A stretch of DNA of 63,261 nt, filler included, from Octopus bimaculoides (taxonomy: Eukaryota): the NCBI RefSeq assembly GCF_001194135.2. It is 5 parts of 4 records of this genome, joined end to end, with 100 filler letters (N's around TTAATTAATTAA, not from the genome) between each part and the next. Parts side by side here need not be neighbours in the genome. Positions count along the whole stretch, not along the records: positions 23,952 to 41,597 come from NC_068986.1; 4 more parts are not named here. One strand, 5' to 3'. How positions within the stretch are numbered: the first letter of the stretch is position 1; each line of letters starts with the position of its first letter. The notes beneath the pieces are model-generated. The model ran no database searches. It was given only the letters and a program-made list of their open reading frames with translations, and was not told where the DNA came from. Of the stretch, positions 26,278 to 39,061 are shown one piece after another. The position numbers and the translations under genes are program-made.

Positions 26278-26633
26278 TTAAACAATGTGGGTTTCATTGT
26301 AACAGCCGCAGTGATAGTTGTATTATACGAAGACATAAATAATTAGCTGTAGTGCGACAGTTGTGTGAATGGTAATTGCGATGATGTTTTGGTTGGGGAC
26401 ATTTTCACTAATTCAACATTGACTGTAATGATATGAATCCGTTTCCTGTGATTGTATCGTGTTCTGCAAATTTTTCACCGATTCTCTTCTGTTTCCCATA
26501 ATTATGTCACCTTGTAGCTGGTTGCAATACGAAACTTTGGTAACAAAAAACTTTTAAAGAAAGAACTATCAAACTTTTGCCCGGTTGCTGGGACCGATTA
26601 AGAAAAATCATGATTACCCTCTGATGATGATCA

Positions 26634-26833
26634 CTACTGAAAGATAATATAGATAAAGAAATTATCGATTATCATTAATAATAATTTAAAGAAACACAAC
26701 AGATACAAAATCAATATTATAAAGAGACAAAAACTACAAGAGGAAGCAAGTGTAGGTTGGAAAGACAACCGTTCAGGAGAAGGGAAACTACTTCCTCTAA
26801 AATTAAAAGTGTCATTCATACGTCCATAACAGT
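26634..26833 (-). CDS. Candidate terminal coding exon of an unidentified gene
   Basis: Acceptor ctatccatctttccttttag; phase-1 entry matches the 28315 exon; reads DCYGRMNDTFNFRGSSFPSPERLSFQPTLASSCSFCLFIILILYLLCFF...FQ*. The T-rich 3' half could instead be intron. Confidence 0.45.
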
Positions 26834-26969
26834 CTAAAAGGAAAGATGGATAGACGTATAGATACATACAAGCAATAAAACCACGTATAGATATTCGGAT
26901 GCAAACACAGATGTAACACACACACACACACACACACACGCATATATATATACATATATATATATATGT

Positions 26970-27180
26970 GGAGGCGCGTGGCCTAGTAGTTAGGGTGTCA
27001 GCACCATGATCGTAAGATTGTGGTTTCGATTCATGGACCGGGTGACGCATTGTATTCTTCAGCAAAACACTTCATTTCACGTTGCTCCAGTCCACTCAAC
27101 TGGCAAAAATGAGTAATATTGTGATGGACTGGCGTCCCGTCCAGCTGGGGAACACATACGTCACTGAAACCGGGAAACCG
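26970..27180 (+). mobile_element. tRNA-derived SINE family C (GGAGGCGC head, CORE-like middle)
   Basis: A box tggcctagtagtt, B box ggtttcgattc, then ttgtattcttcagcaaaacacttcatttcacgttgctccagtccactcaactgg. Confidence 0.8.
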
Positions 27181-27185
27181 TTTTT

Positions 27186-27219
<34 letters not shown>

Positions 27220-28314
27220 NNNNNNNNNNNNNNNNNNNNNNNNNNNNNNNNNNNNNNNNNNNNNNNNNNNNNNNNNNNNNNNNNNNNNNNNNNNNNNNNN
27301 NNNNNNNNNNNNNNNNNNNNNNNNNNNNNNNNNNNNNNNNNNNNNNNNNNNNNNNNNNNNNNNNNNNNNNNNNNNNNNNNNNNNNNNNNNNNNNNNNNNN
27401 NNNNNNNNNNNNNNNNNNNNNNNNNNNNNNNNNNNNNNNNNNNNNNNNNNNNNNNNNNNNNNNNNNNNNNNNNNNNNNNNNNNNNNNNNNNNNNNNNNNN
27501 NNNNNNNNNNNNNNNNNNNNNNNNNNNNNNNNNNNNNNNNNNNNNNNNNNNNNNNNNNNNNNNNNNNNNNNNNNNNNNNNNNNNNNNNNNNNNNNNNNNN
27601 NNNNNNNNNNNNNNNNNNNNNNNNNNNNNNNNNNNNNNNNNNNNNNNNNNNNNNNNNNNNNNNNNNNNNNNNNNNNNNNNNNNNNNNNNNNNNNNNNNNN
27701 NNNNNNNNNNNNNNNNNNNNNNNNNNNNNNNNNNNNNNNNNNNNNNNNNNNNNNNNNNNNNNNNNNNNNNNNNNNNNNNNNNNNNNNNNNNNNNNNNNNN
27801 NNNNNNNNNNNNNNNNNNNNNNNNNNNNNNNNNNNNNNNNNNNNNNNNNNNNNNNNNNNNNNNNNNNNNNNNNNNNNNNNNNNNNNNNNNNNNNNNNAAC
27901 ACACACACACACACACACACACGCATATATATATACATATATATATATACATATACTTTGTGTATATGGATATCTACACGCAGGTACACATACTGCCACG
28001 CACATTAACCTATATATAAAAATATGCACAAAGATATGTATGTACATAAAATATTGTATTATATATATGTATATATATATATATGTGTGTGTGTGTGTAT
28101 ATTATATATACATATACATATATGTATGTATACATATATGTGTGTGTGTGTATAAACTTATACATTTATACGTATATACACATACTTTTGTACACATATA
28201 TCAGCGTGTATGTGTGTGTGTAAGTGTGTATAATTGACGCCATTTTCTAACAAGCAACTTAGTACAAAAGCTATTGTTTGTATGCTGTACACCTTTATCT
28301 TTCACGATATTTAC

Positions 28315-28471
28315 CTCGACGCAATTCGTTGGCTTCTGCACGTATATCAAAGATATATGATTCTTTTGAAGTGAAACCAGAGCCGCCATCTTGTAAAAAA
28401 ATCTTTTCTCTGGTATTTACAGCCAAAAGTTCATGATAATGGCTGTCTTTAATGCATTGGTGTTTTCCAAC
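28315..28471 (-). CDS. Candidate internal coding exon (157 nt) of an unidentified gene
   Basis: Acceptor gtttctctatag|, donor cgag|gtaaat; exactly one frame is open end to end: VGKHQCIKDSHYHELLAVNTREKIFLQDGGSGFTSKESYIFDIRAEANELRR; non-repetitive island between microsatellites. Confidence 0.6.
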
Positions 28472-29318
28472 CTATAGAGAAACGTACACCCACATTTAGA
28501 CACGCAGATACAGAGAACACACACACATACACACACACACACACACTTACACACCCAGTCACACACACACCAACATACACACTTGCACACACACATATAC
28601 ATCCATATATGCATATATACATATATATATATATATATACATATATGTACATATATTAGAGGTGTATATGTTTTGGAGTGAGTTTATGTTATATATATAT
28701 ATATATATATATATATNNNNNNNNNNNNNNNNNNNNNNNNNNNNNNNNNNNNNNNNNNNNNNNNNNNNNNNNNNNNNNNNNNNNNNNNNNNNNNNNNNNN
28801 NNNNNNNNNNNNNNNNNNNNNNNNNNNNNNNNNNNNNNNNNNNNNNNNNNNNNNNNNNNNNNNNNNNNNNNNNNNNNNNNNNNNNNNNNNNNNNNNNNNN
28901 NNNNNNNNNNNNNNNNNNNNNNNNNNNNNNNNNNNNNNNNNNNNNNNNNNNNNNNNNNNNNNNNNNNNNNNNNNNNNNNNNNNNNNNNNNNNNNNNNNNN
29001 NNNNNNNNNNNNNNNNNNNNNNNNNNNNNNNNNNNNNNNNNNNNNNNNNNNNNNNNNNNNNNNNNNNNNNNNNNNNNNNNNNNNNNNNNNNNNNNNNNNN
29101 NNNNNNNNNNNNNNNNNNNNNNNNNNNNNNNNNNNNNNNNNNNNNNNNNNNNNNNNNNNNNNNNNNNNNNNNNNNNNNNNNNNNNNNNNNNNNNNNNNNN
29201 NNNNNNNNNNNNNNNNNNNNNNNNNNNNNNNNNNNNNNNNNNNNNNNNNNNNNNNNNNNNNNNNNNNNNNNNNNNNNNNNNNNNNNNNNNNNNNNNNNNN
29301 NNNNNNNNNNNNNNNNNN

Positions 29319-29356
<38 letters not shown>

Positions 29357-29662
29357 TTTATGTATGTGTATATGTACATATCTATAGCTAGGTTCCTTAT
29401 GTATCCATGTATATGTTGAGAAAGTACGTTTGTATACATGCCAAAATAAAATCTGTTGTATATGTAAAATTTATGGTAAATCATGTGAAATATATCAACT
29501 GCATATGTATAAGAATGCATGGATTTTCCTCTTTATGTATGCTGCTACCTATACACCATACGCACGCATATGCACGTACCTGTATTACGTAATCTATCCT
29601 TACATGCATACATTTACCATTACATTTCCATGTACATATATGCACAACGATACACTCACACC

Positions 29663-29706
<44 letters not shown>

Positions 29707-30049
29707 CCTCCGTATATACATATATACATATTTATATGCAACCATTATATGACACCTTTTGGTCTTACGTAGCACAAGTTGAATAATATGCTTTTAGTTT
29801 TTCTTCAAACGGAATGTAGTAGGATGGAATGCACTGCATCGTATTCCTACTAAACCAATCTATGCATGACGACAAAGAACAATATAAGCTACTATTTCTC
29901 AACCACTGTTGACCCCAAACTTAATATCAATACTTCAAAGAACGGGTTTTTTTTTACCATGAAGGGATAAAGTTAGCATGCATTATATAACTATTATGAA
30001 AATTTACATACGTTATATCATACCTTCATACTATTAGGATTGGGCTCAC

Positions 30050-30077
30050 CGTTGTGAGACAGCTGGCATTAAATAAA
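30050..30077 (-). CDS. Candidate 28-nt micro-exon upstream of the 28471 exon
   Basis: Acceptor ttgttcctcag|, donor aacg|gtgagc; ends in phase 0 and reads xLFNASCLTT in frame with the next exon. Confidence 0.4.
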
Positions 30078-30689
30078 CTGAGGAACAATTATGATATGCG
30101 AATTAGCAACTCCAGGTCTCTGTAGTAACTGAATTTGTTGTATATCTAAACAGCCTCGGTGCTTGTTGCTCTGGGACAGGTTAAGTGCTGTAGACACTTC
30201 TGATAAGACACCATTAAGTTTCGAAGATCAATTATGGTTGTTTATCATTCTTGTCAATCTACTGACAAGTAATTAAATTAGTTATGTTTTCATATCTAGT
30301 CTGTATATATATATATATNNNNNNNNNNNNNNNNNNNNNNNNNNNNNNNNNNNNNNNNNNNNNNNNNNNNNNNNNNNNNNNNNNNNNNNNNNNNNNNNNN
30401 NNNNNNNNNNNNNNNNNNNNNNNNNNNNNNNNNNNNNNNNNNNNNNNNNNNNNNNNNNNNNNNNNNNNNNNNNNNNNNNNNNNNNNNNNNNNNNNNNNNN
30501 NNNNNNNNNNNNNNNNNNNNNNNNNNNNNNNNNNNNNNNNNNNNNNNNNNNNNNNNNNNNNNNNNNNNNNNNNNNNNNNNNNNNNNNNNNNNNNNNNNNN
30601 NNNNNNNNNNNNNNNNNNNNNNNNNNNNNNNNNNNNNNNNNNNNNNNNNNNNNNNNNNNNNNNNNATATATATATATATAAAACTTAAA

Positions 30690-31104
30690 TTAAACTTAGA
30701 TATGTTTCGACCAAAGATTGGTCCAGAACATGTGTAACTTAATAGCACCACCTGATAGGATTATCTAAATCCTTTTTAAATCAAATTTTGTTTATGGCCT
30801 ATTCAAGCAGTGAGTTCTTGTTGAGTGAGTTGTATCCAGGTATGGGTAGCTTATCCGGCATTCCTTGAAGAATTCTGTCCAAACTCCGTTTAAAGGTGAT
30901 GGGATCCATTTCCTCTTTGATCAGTTTAGCGTCAATGTCGAACAGGGCAAGGTCTGTTGAGGAAAAGAAATTGTGTCGCAGTGTACCTATATGTTGTGAT
31001 CCTGATTTGGACAGGAGACGTATGGCCCGTGGTCCTAGCCTTGGAAGAACCTTGAAACTAATGTTCAGGTCGTTTGGCAAATGCTGGCGATATATTCTCC
31101 ACAT
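30690..31104 (-). mobile_element. CR1-type LINE 3' end (RT C-terminal tail plus 3' UTR)
   Basis: MWRIYRQHLPNDL...RLGPRAIR...TLRHNFFS...LF...FKRSLDRILQGMPDKLPIPGY...NSLLE fits the invertebrate CR1-group C-terminus (MWKI...VPN...TLR.NSF...LFN.LP...FK..LD..L..PD.P..PGY...NSL). Confidence 0.7.
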
Positions 31105-31114
31105 CGTACTATCG

Positions 31115-31830
31115 GCGCTGGAGAGTTGAAATTTTTAAAAAACTAAAGACGAAGCCAGTTGTATGAACAACAAGCAGGTGTATCAGCTCGGGAGAATGAA
31201 ACAGTCTTTCACGTTTCGAGCCTATTCTCTTCAACAGAAAGGAATAAGAGAAAATAAACAGAGAGAAAATGAAAGAAAAACTTGTAGATTTAGCGGTCAA
31301 GCATGGCGAATGATTAGAAAAATAATTTTAAAAAGAAGTTGAAAGAAAAGGCGATAATAGAGCTGGTGATCCCAAATGAAGGTGCGCGTGCGTATGTGTG
31401 TATGTGAACTGGTGTGTGTGATCTGGTGTGTTTGTGTAAATAAGGGCTAGTGACTGTGACGTGTGTGAGTGTGTGCGTCTGTAACGTGTGGCTGCTCATA
31501 TAATGGTGTTTGTGGTGACGTTATTGATGATTGTGTGTGGGTGTGTGGATGATGGTGTAAAGTGTGGGTGCAGGGAAGTGTTCAGTGGTAGCATGTGCGG
31601 AGTGGTGTGGGATGGTGTGGTGGTGTGGGATGTGGGTGGAGGTGGGGTGGTATTAAGGAGGAGATGAACTAGGTAGGAGTGAAGAGAGGAGGGTAGTCAG
31701 ATGAAAAGAGGAGGGGAGTTGAGTCCATGCAGTGCTACGGAGCGAAGAGGGAAGATTTAACTCTGTTCACGGTGAAGGCAGGAATCTGGATAGCCCTTGT
31801 GCAAAGACAGTCCGAAAACAGACAGATATT
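31115..31830 (-). mobile_element. Penelope-like element 3' end, same family as 8287-8610, with long 3' UTR
   Basis: Minus strand ctgtctgttttcggactgtctttgcacaagggctatccag...catggactcaactcc matches 8360-8470, and ctttctgttgaagagaataggctcgaaacgtgaaag matches 8489-8524. Confidence 0.75.
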
Positions 31831-33444
31831 TTTAGATATAGATATTGATGGGTATCTTCAAACTTGTTTTTGCAGTCATTAGGCTGTGGCGATGCTGGTG
31901 CAAAGCTTTGAAGTATTTTTAACGAAATGAATCGACTCCGGGTCTTTAATGTCTGTCACTTATTCAAACGGTCTATTTCGCCGAACCGCTAAGTTACGGG
32001 GACATAAATACACCAACACCATTTGTCAAGCGTTGGCGTAAACACAGACATAGACACACACATACGATGAGTTTCTTTCAATTTCTGTCAATCAGATCCA
32101 CTCACAAGCCTATGGTTGGGGCATCGTCATAGTAGAAAACACTTGCCAACAGTGCCGCGCAGTGTTGCTGAACCTGGAATCATGTGAAACAAGTAAAAGG
32201 TAAATATATTGCTCGAAATGTGGAGTAGATGAACAGCCGACAACTGATGAAGGGTCGTTCTTTATGTTACTTGTCTTGTTTTCCATTTGTTTCTCTCGTT
32301 GTTTGTCTTCGAATTTCATGTTATTTAGGTTTTGTGCCCATATATATATATATANNNNNNNNNNNNNNNNNNNNNNNNNNNNNNNNNNNNNNNNNNNNNN
32401 NNNNNNNNNNNNNNNNNNNNNNNNNNNNNNNNNNNNNNNNNNNNNNNNNNNNNNNNNNNNNNNNNNNNNNNNNNNNNNNNNNNNNNNNNNNNNNNNNNNN
32501 NNNNNNNNNNNNNNNNNNNNNNNNNNNNNNNNNNNNNNNNNNNNNNNNNNNNNNNNNNNNNNNNNNNNNNNNNNNNNNNNNNNNNNNNNNNNNNNNNNNN
32601 NNNNNNNNNNNNNNNNNNNNNNNNNNNNNNNNNNNNNNNNNNNNNNNNNNNNNNNNNNNNNNNNNNNNNNNNNNNNNTATATATATATATATATGCATAT
32701 ATAATCGAAAGAGACATCACATACAATACTTTGGAAGTGGGGTTGGGATATTAACGACGTCGACCGACACGAAGGCAATATCTCCATTCAATTATGAGCG
32801 ATTTTAACAAAATGATATACTTAGACGCCACTCCATTGAATAGGAAAGACGTTTGGCAAGGCTATTCGGCTACAAGAATTGTTAGTAAACAGTATTTTAC
32901 TGAATATAGATATTATCATACCTACTATGTGTATGTTGATTAGTATTATTATTTTTTTTAGCTCTTAATCTATATAAATATGTACATGTATATACATATA
33001 CATCTTTCTATGTGCGATCGTGTGTGTATTATGATAAATATTTGTGCGCTGGTGTTAAAAATTGGACAATGATATTAATACGTAAGTATGTGCTATTATC
33101 CACACTAATTTATGCATATAACTGATTTCTGCATATATTAACTTGACAAAGCTATAGAAAGAAATGGAAATCGAATAATATACATATACATACGTACATA
33201 CACACACACGCACAGAGAAACATATACATACACACGCACTCACACACATACACGTATTCACATACACATCTATAGGTGTATATGACTATAATATATACAT
33301 TTACACACACATATATATATATACACATAAATATTTAGATATTATAGATGCATGCATATACAAATACATGCTCACCTATTCTACTTCCTCCCTTTGTTTC
33401 TACCTCTACCACTCTCTCTCTTCCCCTTGGGAAGAGAGAGAGTG

Positions 33445-36400
33445 GTAGGGTTATGTTTAGGGTTAGGGTTAGGGTTAGGGTTAGGGTTAGGGTTAAGCTT
33501 AGGCTTAAGGTTAGGGTTAGGCTTAGGCTTAGGGTTAGTGTTAGGGTTAGGGTTAGAGTTAGTGTTAGGCTTAGGCTTAGCGTTAGTGTTAGGGTTAGTG
33601 TTAGGGTTACGCTTAGGGTTAGACTTAGATTTAGGGTTAGGGTTAGGGTTAGTTTTAGGATTCGAGTTAGGGTTAGGGTTAGGGTTAGGGTTAGGTTTAG
33701 TGTTAGTGTTAGGGTTAGGGTTAGGTTTAGGCTTAAGGTTATGGTTAGGGTTAGGGTTAGGGTTACGGTTAGTGTTAGGGTTAGGGTTAGTGTTAGTCTT
33801 AGCGTTAGGTTTAGGGTTAGGGTTAGGGTTAGGGCTAGGGTTAGGGTTATGGTTTTGGTTAGGGTTAGGGTCAGTGTTAGGTTAACGTTAGGGTTAGGTT
33901 TAGGGTTAGGTTTAAGGTTAGGGTTAGGGTTAGGGTTAGGGTTAGACTTAGGGTTTGGGTTAGGGGTAGTGTTAGGGTTAGGGATAGGGTTAGGGTTATA
34001 TTTAGGNNNNNNNNNNNNNNNNNNNNNNNNNNNNNNNNNNNNNNNNNNNNNNNNNNNNNNNNNNNNNNNNNNNNNNNNNNNNNNNNNNNNNNNNNNNNNN
34101 NNNNNNNNNNNNNNNNNNNNNNNNNNNNNNNNNNNNNNNNNNNNNNNNNNNNNNNNNNNNNNNNNNNNNNNNNNNNNNNNNNNNNNNNNNNNNNNNNNNN
34201 NNNNNNNNNNNNNNNNNNNNNNNNNNNNNNNNNNNNNNNNNNNNNNNNNNNNNNNNNNNNNNNNNNNNNNNNNNNNNNNNNNNNNNNNNNNNNNNNNNNN
34301 NNNNNNNNNNNNNNNNNNNNNNNNNNNNNNNNNNNNNNNNNNNNNNNNNNNNNNNNNNNNNNNNNNNNNNNNNNNNNNNNNNNNNNNNNNNNNNNNNNNN
34401 NNNNNNNNNNNNNNNNNNNNNNNNNNNNNNNNNNNNNNNNNNNNNNNNNNNNNNNNNNNNNNNNNNNNNNNNNNNNNNNNNNNNNNNNNNNNNNNNNNNN
34501 NNNNNNNNNNNNNNNNNNNNNNNNNNNNNNNNNNNNNNNNNNNNNNNNNNNNNNNNNNNNNNNNNNNNNNNNNNNNNNNNNNNNNNNNNNNNNNNNNNNN
34601 NNNNNNNNNNNNNNNNNNNNNNNNNNNNNNNNNNNNNNNNNNNNNNNNNNNNNNNNNNNNNNNNNNNNNNNNNNNNNNNNNNNNNNNNNNNNNNNNNNNN
34701 NNNNNNNNNNNNNNNNNNNNNNNNNNNNNNNNNNNNNNNNNNNNNNNNNNNNNNNNNNNNNNNNNNNNNNNNNNNNNNNNNNNNNNNNNNNNNNNNNNNN
34801 NNNNNNNNNNNNNNNNNNNNNNNNNNNNGGTTAGAGTTAGGCTTAAGGTTAGGGTTAGGGCTAGGGTTAGGGTTATGGTTAGGCTTAAGCTTAGGGTTAG
34901 GGTTAGGGCTAGGGTTAGTGTTATGGTTTTGGTTAGGGTTAGGGTTAGTGTTAGGGTTAGGTTAACGTTAGGGTTAGGTTTAGGGTTAGGTTTAAGGTTA
35001 GGGTTAGGGTTAGGGTTAGGGTTAGACTTAGGGTTTGGGTTAGGGGTAGTGTTAGGGTTAGGGATAGGGTTAGGGTTATATTTAGGGTTAAGGTTAGGGT
35101 TAGGGTTAGGCTTGGGGTTAGGGTTAGGGTTAGGATTAGGGTTAGGCTTAGGTTTAGGGTTAGGGTTAGTGTTAAGGTTAGGGTTCGGNNNNNNNNNNAG
35201 GATTAGGGTTAGGCTTAGGTTTAGGGTTAGGGTTAGTGTTAAGGTTAGGGTTCGGGTTAGATTTAGGGTTAGGTTTAGGGTTAGGGTTAGGGTTATGGTT
35301 AGGCTTAGGGTTAGGGTTAGGGTTAGCTTAGACTTAGGCTTAGGTTTAGGCTTAGGGTTAGTGCTAGGGTTAGGGTTATATTTAGGTTTAGGGTTAGGTT
35401 TAGGTTTAGGGTTAGGCTTAGGCTTAAGTTTAGGGTTAAAGTTAAGTTTAGGGTTAGGGTAAGGTTTAGGCTTAAGGTTAGGCTTAGGGTTAGGCTTAGC
35501 TTTTGGGTTAGGGTTGGGTTAGGGTTAGGTTTGGGTTAGGGTTATGGTTACGCTTAGGGTTAGGGTTAGGTTTAGGGTTAGGCTTAGCGTTAGGGTTAGG
35601 GTTAGGCTTAGCGTTAGTGTTAAGGGTAGTGTTAGGCTTAGGGTTAATTTTAGGGTAAAAGTTAGGGTTAGGGTTACGGTTAGGGTCAGGATTACGGTTA
35701 GGGTTAGGGTTAGGAGTGGGGTTAGGCTTAGTGTTAAGGTTATGGTTAGGGTTAGGGTGAGGTTTATGGTTATGGTTCGGGTTAGGGTTAGGGTTACGCT
35801 TAGGGTTAGGTTTAGGGTGAAGGTTAGGCTTAGTGTTAGGGTGAGCGTTAGGCTTAGTGTTAGGGTTAGTGTTAGTGTTAGTGTTATGTTTAGGGTTAGG
35901 GTTAGCGTTAGGTTTAGGCTTAGGGTTAGTGCTAGGGTTAGGGTTATATTTAGGTTTAGGGTTAGGTTTAGGTTTAGGGTTAGGCTTAGGCTTATGTTTA
36001 GGGTTAAAGTTAAGNNNNNNNNNNTTAGGGTTAGGCTTAGGCTTATGTTTAGGGTTAAAGTTAAGTTTAGGGTTAGGGTAAGGTTTAGGCTTAAGGTTAG
36101 GCTTAGGGTTAGGCTTAGCTTTTGGGTTAGTCTTAGGCTTAGGGTTAGGGTTAGGTTTAGGGTTAGGGTTACGCTTAGGGTTAGGGTTAGGTTTAGGGTT
36201 AGGCTTAGGGTTAGGGTTAGGCTTAGGCTTAGCGTTAGTGTTAAGGGTAGTGTTAGGCTTAGGGTTAATTTTAAGGTAAAAGTTAGGGTTAGGGTTACGG
36301 TTAGGGTCAGGCTTACGGTTAGGGTTAGGGTTAGGAGTAGGGTTAGGCTTAGTGTTATGGTTATGGTTAGGGTTAGGGTTAGGGTTAGGGTTAGGGTTAG

Positions 36401-37857
36401 GGTTAGGGTTAGGGTTAGGTTAAGGGTTACGGTTAGGCTTAGTGTTAGGGTGAGCGTTAGGCTTAGTGTTAGGGTTAGGGTTAGGGTTAGTGTTAGGGTT
36501 AGGGTTNNNNNNNNNNNNNNNNNNNNNNNNNNNNNNNNNNNNNNNNNNNNNNNNNNNNNNNNNNNNNNNNNNNNNNNNNNNNNNNNNNNNNNNNNNNNNN
36601 NNNNNNNNNNNNNNNNNNNNNNNNNNNNNNNNNNNNNNNNNNNNNNNNNNNNNNNNNNNNNNNNNNNNNNNNNNNNNNNNNNNNNNNNNNNNNNNNNNNN
36701 NNNNNNNNNNNNNNNNNNNNNNNNNNNNNNNNNNNNNNNNNNNTTAGTGTTAAGGTTAGGGTTAGTGTTAGTCTTAGCGTTAGGTTTAGGGTTAGGGTTA
36801 GGGTTTTGGTTTCGGTTAGGGTTAGGGTTAGTGTTAGGTTAACGTTAGGGTTAGGGTTAGGGTTAGGGTTAGGGTTAGGTTTAAGGTTAGGGCTAGGGTT
36901 AGGGTTAGTGTTAGGCTTATGATTGGGGTTAGGGGTAGTGTTAGGGTTAGGGTTAGGGTTAGGGTTAGTGTTAGGGTTAGGGTTAGGTTTAGGTTTAGGG
37001 TTAGGTTTTGGGTTAGAGTTAAGCTTAGGGTTATGGTTAGGCTTAGGGTTAGGGTTAGGGTTAGTGTTAGGGTTAGGTTTAGTGTTAGGGTTAAGGTTAG
37101 TCTTAGGCTTAGGGTTAGGGTTAGGTTTAGGGTTAGGGTTATAGTTAGGCTTAGGGTTAGGGTTAGGGCTAGGGTTAGGGTTATGGTTAGGCTTAAGCTT
37201 AGGGTTAGGGTTAGGGCTAGGGTTAGTGTTATGGTTTTGGTTAGGGTTAGGGTTAGTGTTAGGGTTAGGTTAACGTTAGGGTTAGGTTTAGGGTTAGGTT
37301 TCAGGTTAGGGTTAGGGTTAGGGTTAGGGTTAGACTTCGGGTTTGGGTTAGGGGTAGTGTTAGGGTTAGGGATAGGGTAAGGGTTATATTTAGGGTTAGG
37401 GTTAGGGTTAGGCTTGGGGTTAGGGTTAGGGTTAGGATTAGGGTTAGGCTTAGGTTTAGGGTTAGGGTTAGTGTTAGGGTTAGGGTTTAGGTTAGGTTTA
37501 GTGTTAGGTTTAGGGTTATGGTTAGGCTTAGGGTTAGGGTTAGGGTTAGGGTTAGGTTTAGGTTTAGGGTTAGGGTTAGTCTTAGTCTCAGGGTTAGGGT
37601 TAGGTTTAGGGTTAGGGTTAGTGTTAGGCTTAGGGTTAGGGTTAGTGTTAGGCTTAGGGTTAGGGTTAGGGTTAGGGTTAGGGTTATGGTTAGGCTTTAG
37701 CTTAGGGTTAGGGTTAGGTTTAGGGTTAGGTTTAGGGTTAGGGTTAGCTTTAGGGTTAGGCTTAGGCTTAGGCTTAGGCTTAGGCTTAGACTTAGGGTTA
37801 GGCTTAGGTTTAGTGTTATGGTTAGGGTTAGTGTTAGTGTTAGGGTTAGTGTTTGGT
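33445..37857 (+). repeat. Interstitial telomere-like (TTAGGG)n array with variant units
   Basis: G-rich strand on + throughout; units TTAGGG, TTAGGC, TTAGTG, TTAGGT, TTATGG, TTACGG; unique sequence on both sides; gaps at 34007-34828, 35189-35198, 36015-36024 and 36507-36743. Confidence 0.95.
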
Positions 37858-38345
37858 TTTTTCATACTGAACTACTTGGCAAAATTTTTAATTATTAATT
37901 TTATTACTAATCGACGATTCCCTGCCCTATATCTGTATGAATGAATATATGTATTTCCAAACTACTACAGCCGGGAATATGCCAATAATAATTGTATGTT
38001 TTGTTGATTTAGAGTACACACATGCACACTAGCATACACAAATACACACACAGATACATCTATATGTAAGCATCTGTACATACCTCTTTATGTGTGTATG
38101 CATGCATGTATATATGTTTTCATGCATGTATGTATGTATGTATGTATGTATAGAATAGTACAGATATATACTCGTACATGTAAGAATACACTCGAGGCCT
38201 TATTGCTTGAAACTTTACACTCATGTAAAAAAAAACTTTCAATAGTACAGTGAAAGTTTTTATATGCTGTTGCACAATTATACACATAGGTGCTATGTTG
38301 CTTCTGCTTTCTGTGTATGTTTTATGGTTGTATCTAAGCCTATGT

Positions 38346-38404
<59 letters not shown>

Positions 38405-39017
38405 AAACACACACACANNNNNNNNNNNNNNNNNNNNNNNNNNNNNNNNNNNNNNNNNNNNNNNNNNNNNNNNNNNNNNNNNNNNNNNNNNNNNNNNNNN
38501 NNNNNNNNNNNNNNNNNNNNNNNNNNNNNNNNNNNNNNNNNNNNNNNNNNNNNNNNNNNNNNNNNNNNNNNNNNNNNNNNNNNNNNNNNNNNNNNATATA
38601 TATATGTATGTATATGTATATGTATAGGTGTACCATTTGCGTACATGGTAGAACTCATTCTATGAAGTACATTATTTGTAAATATTAGATCACAACCCCG
38701 TACACGCCTGTATAACCGCACACAAGCACAGATACACACACACACATATAGAAATGCGCGTGAATGTCAGTAGCATGATGTATAAATTGTGTAGCTGTTT
38801 GTATGTCTGTGAATTCTCAGGAGATTATTTGTTGGTTTTTCTTTCATTTGTTTTTTTCGGGATTTGGTCTTGAATAATGTTGGTTCCTTGCAAAGTGAAA
38901 TCATAAAATGATCACTGTGAGAGCCATAATCTAAGGTGCAAACTAATGTAAAAGCTTATATATGGCATACACGCAAACAAACCCGCGTGCACTTACATTT
39001 ACACATTTACATATCTG

Positions 39018-39061
<44 letters not shown>

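Noticed and set aside
28201-28389. ORF MAALVSLQK... starting in a YY1-like AAGATGGCGGC motif
   Set aside because: Lies inside the 157-nt exon candidate, whose other frame is open from acceptor to donor and is phase-compatible with its neighbours.
35131-36070. Exact ~40-60 nt repeats either side of the 10-N gaps at 35189 and 36015
   Set aside because: Identical sequence flanking minimal gaps is typical of unmerged contig overlap; not counted as higher-order repeat.
33445-37857. Chromosome end-to-end fusion site
   Set aside because: No inverted CCCTAA half is visible; every sequenced segment is G-rich on +.
33348-37944. Long VR, GL, NP and TL repeat ORFs as protein-coding genes
   Set aside because: Intrinsic open frames of TTAGGG/CCCTAA; kept only as a low-interest hypothesis.
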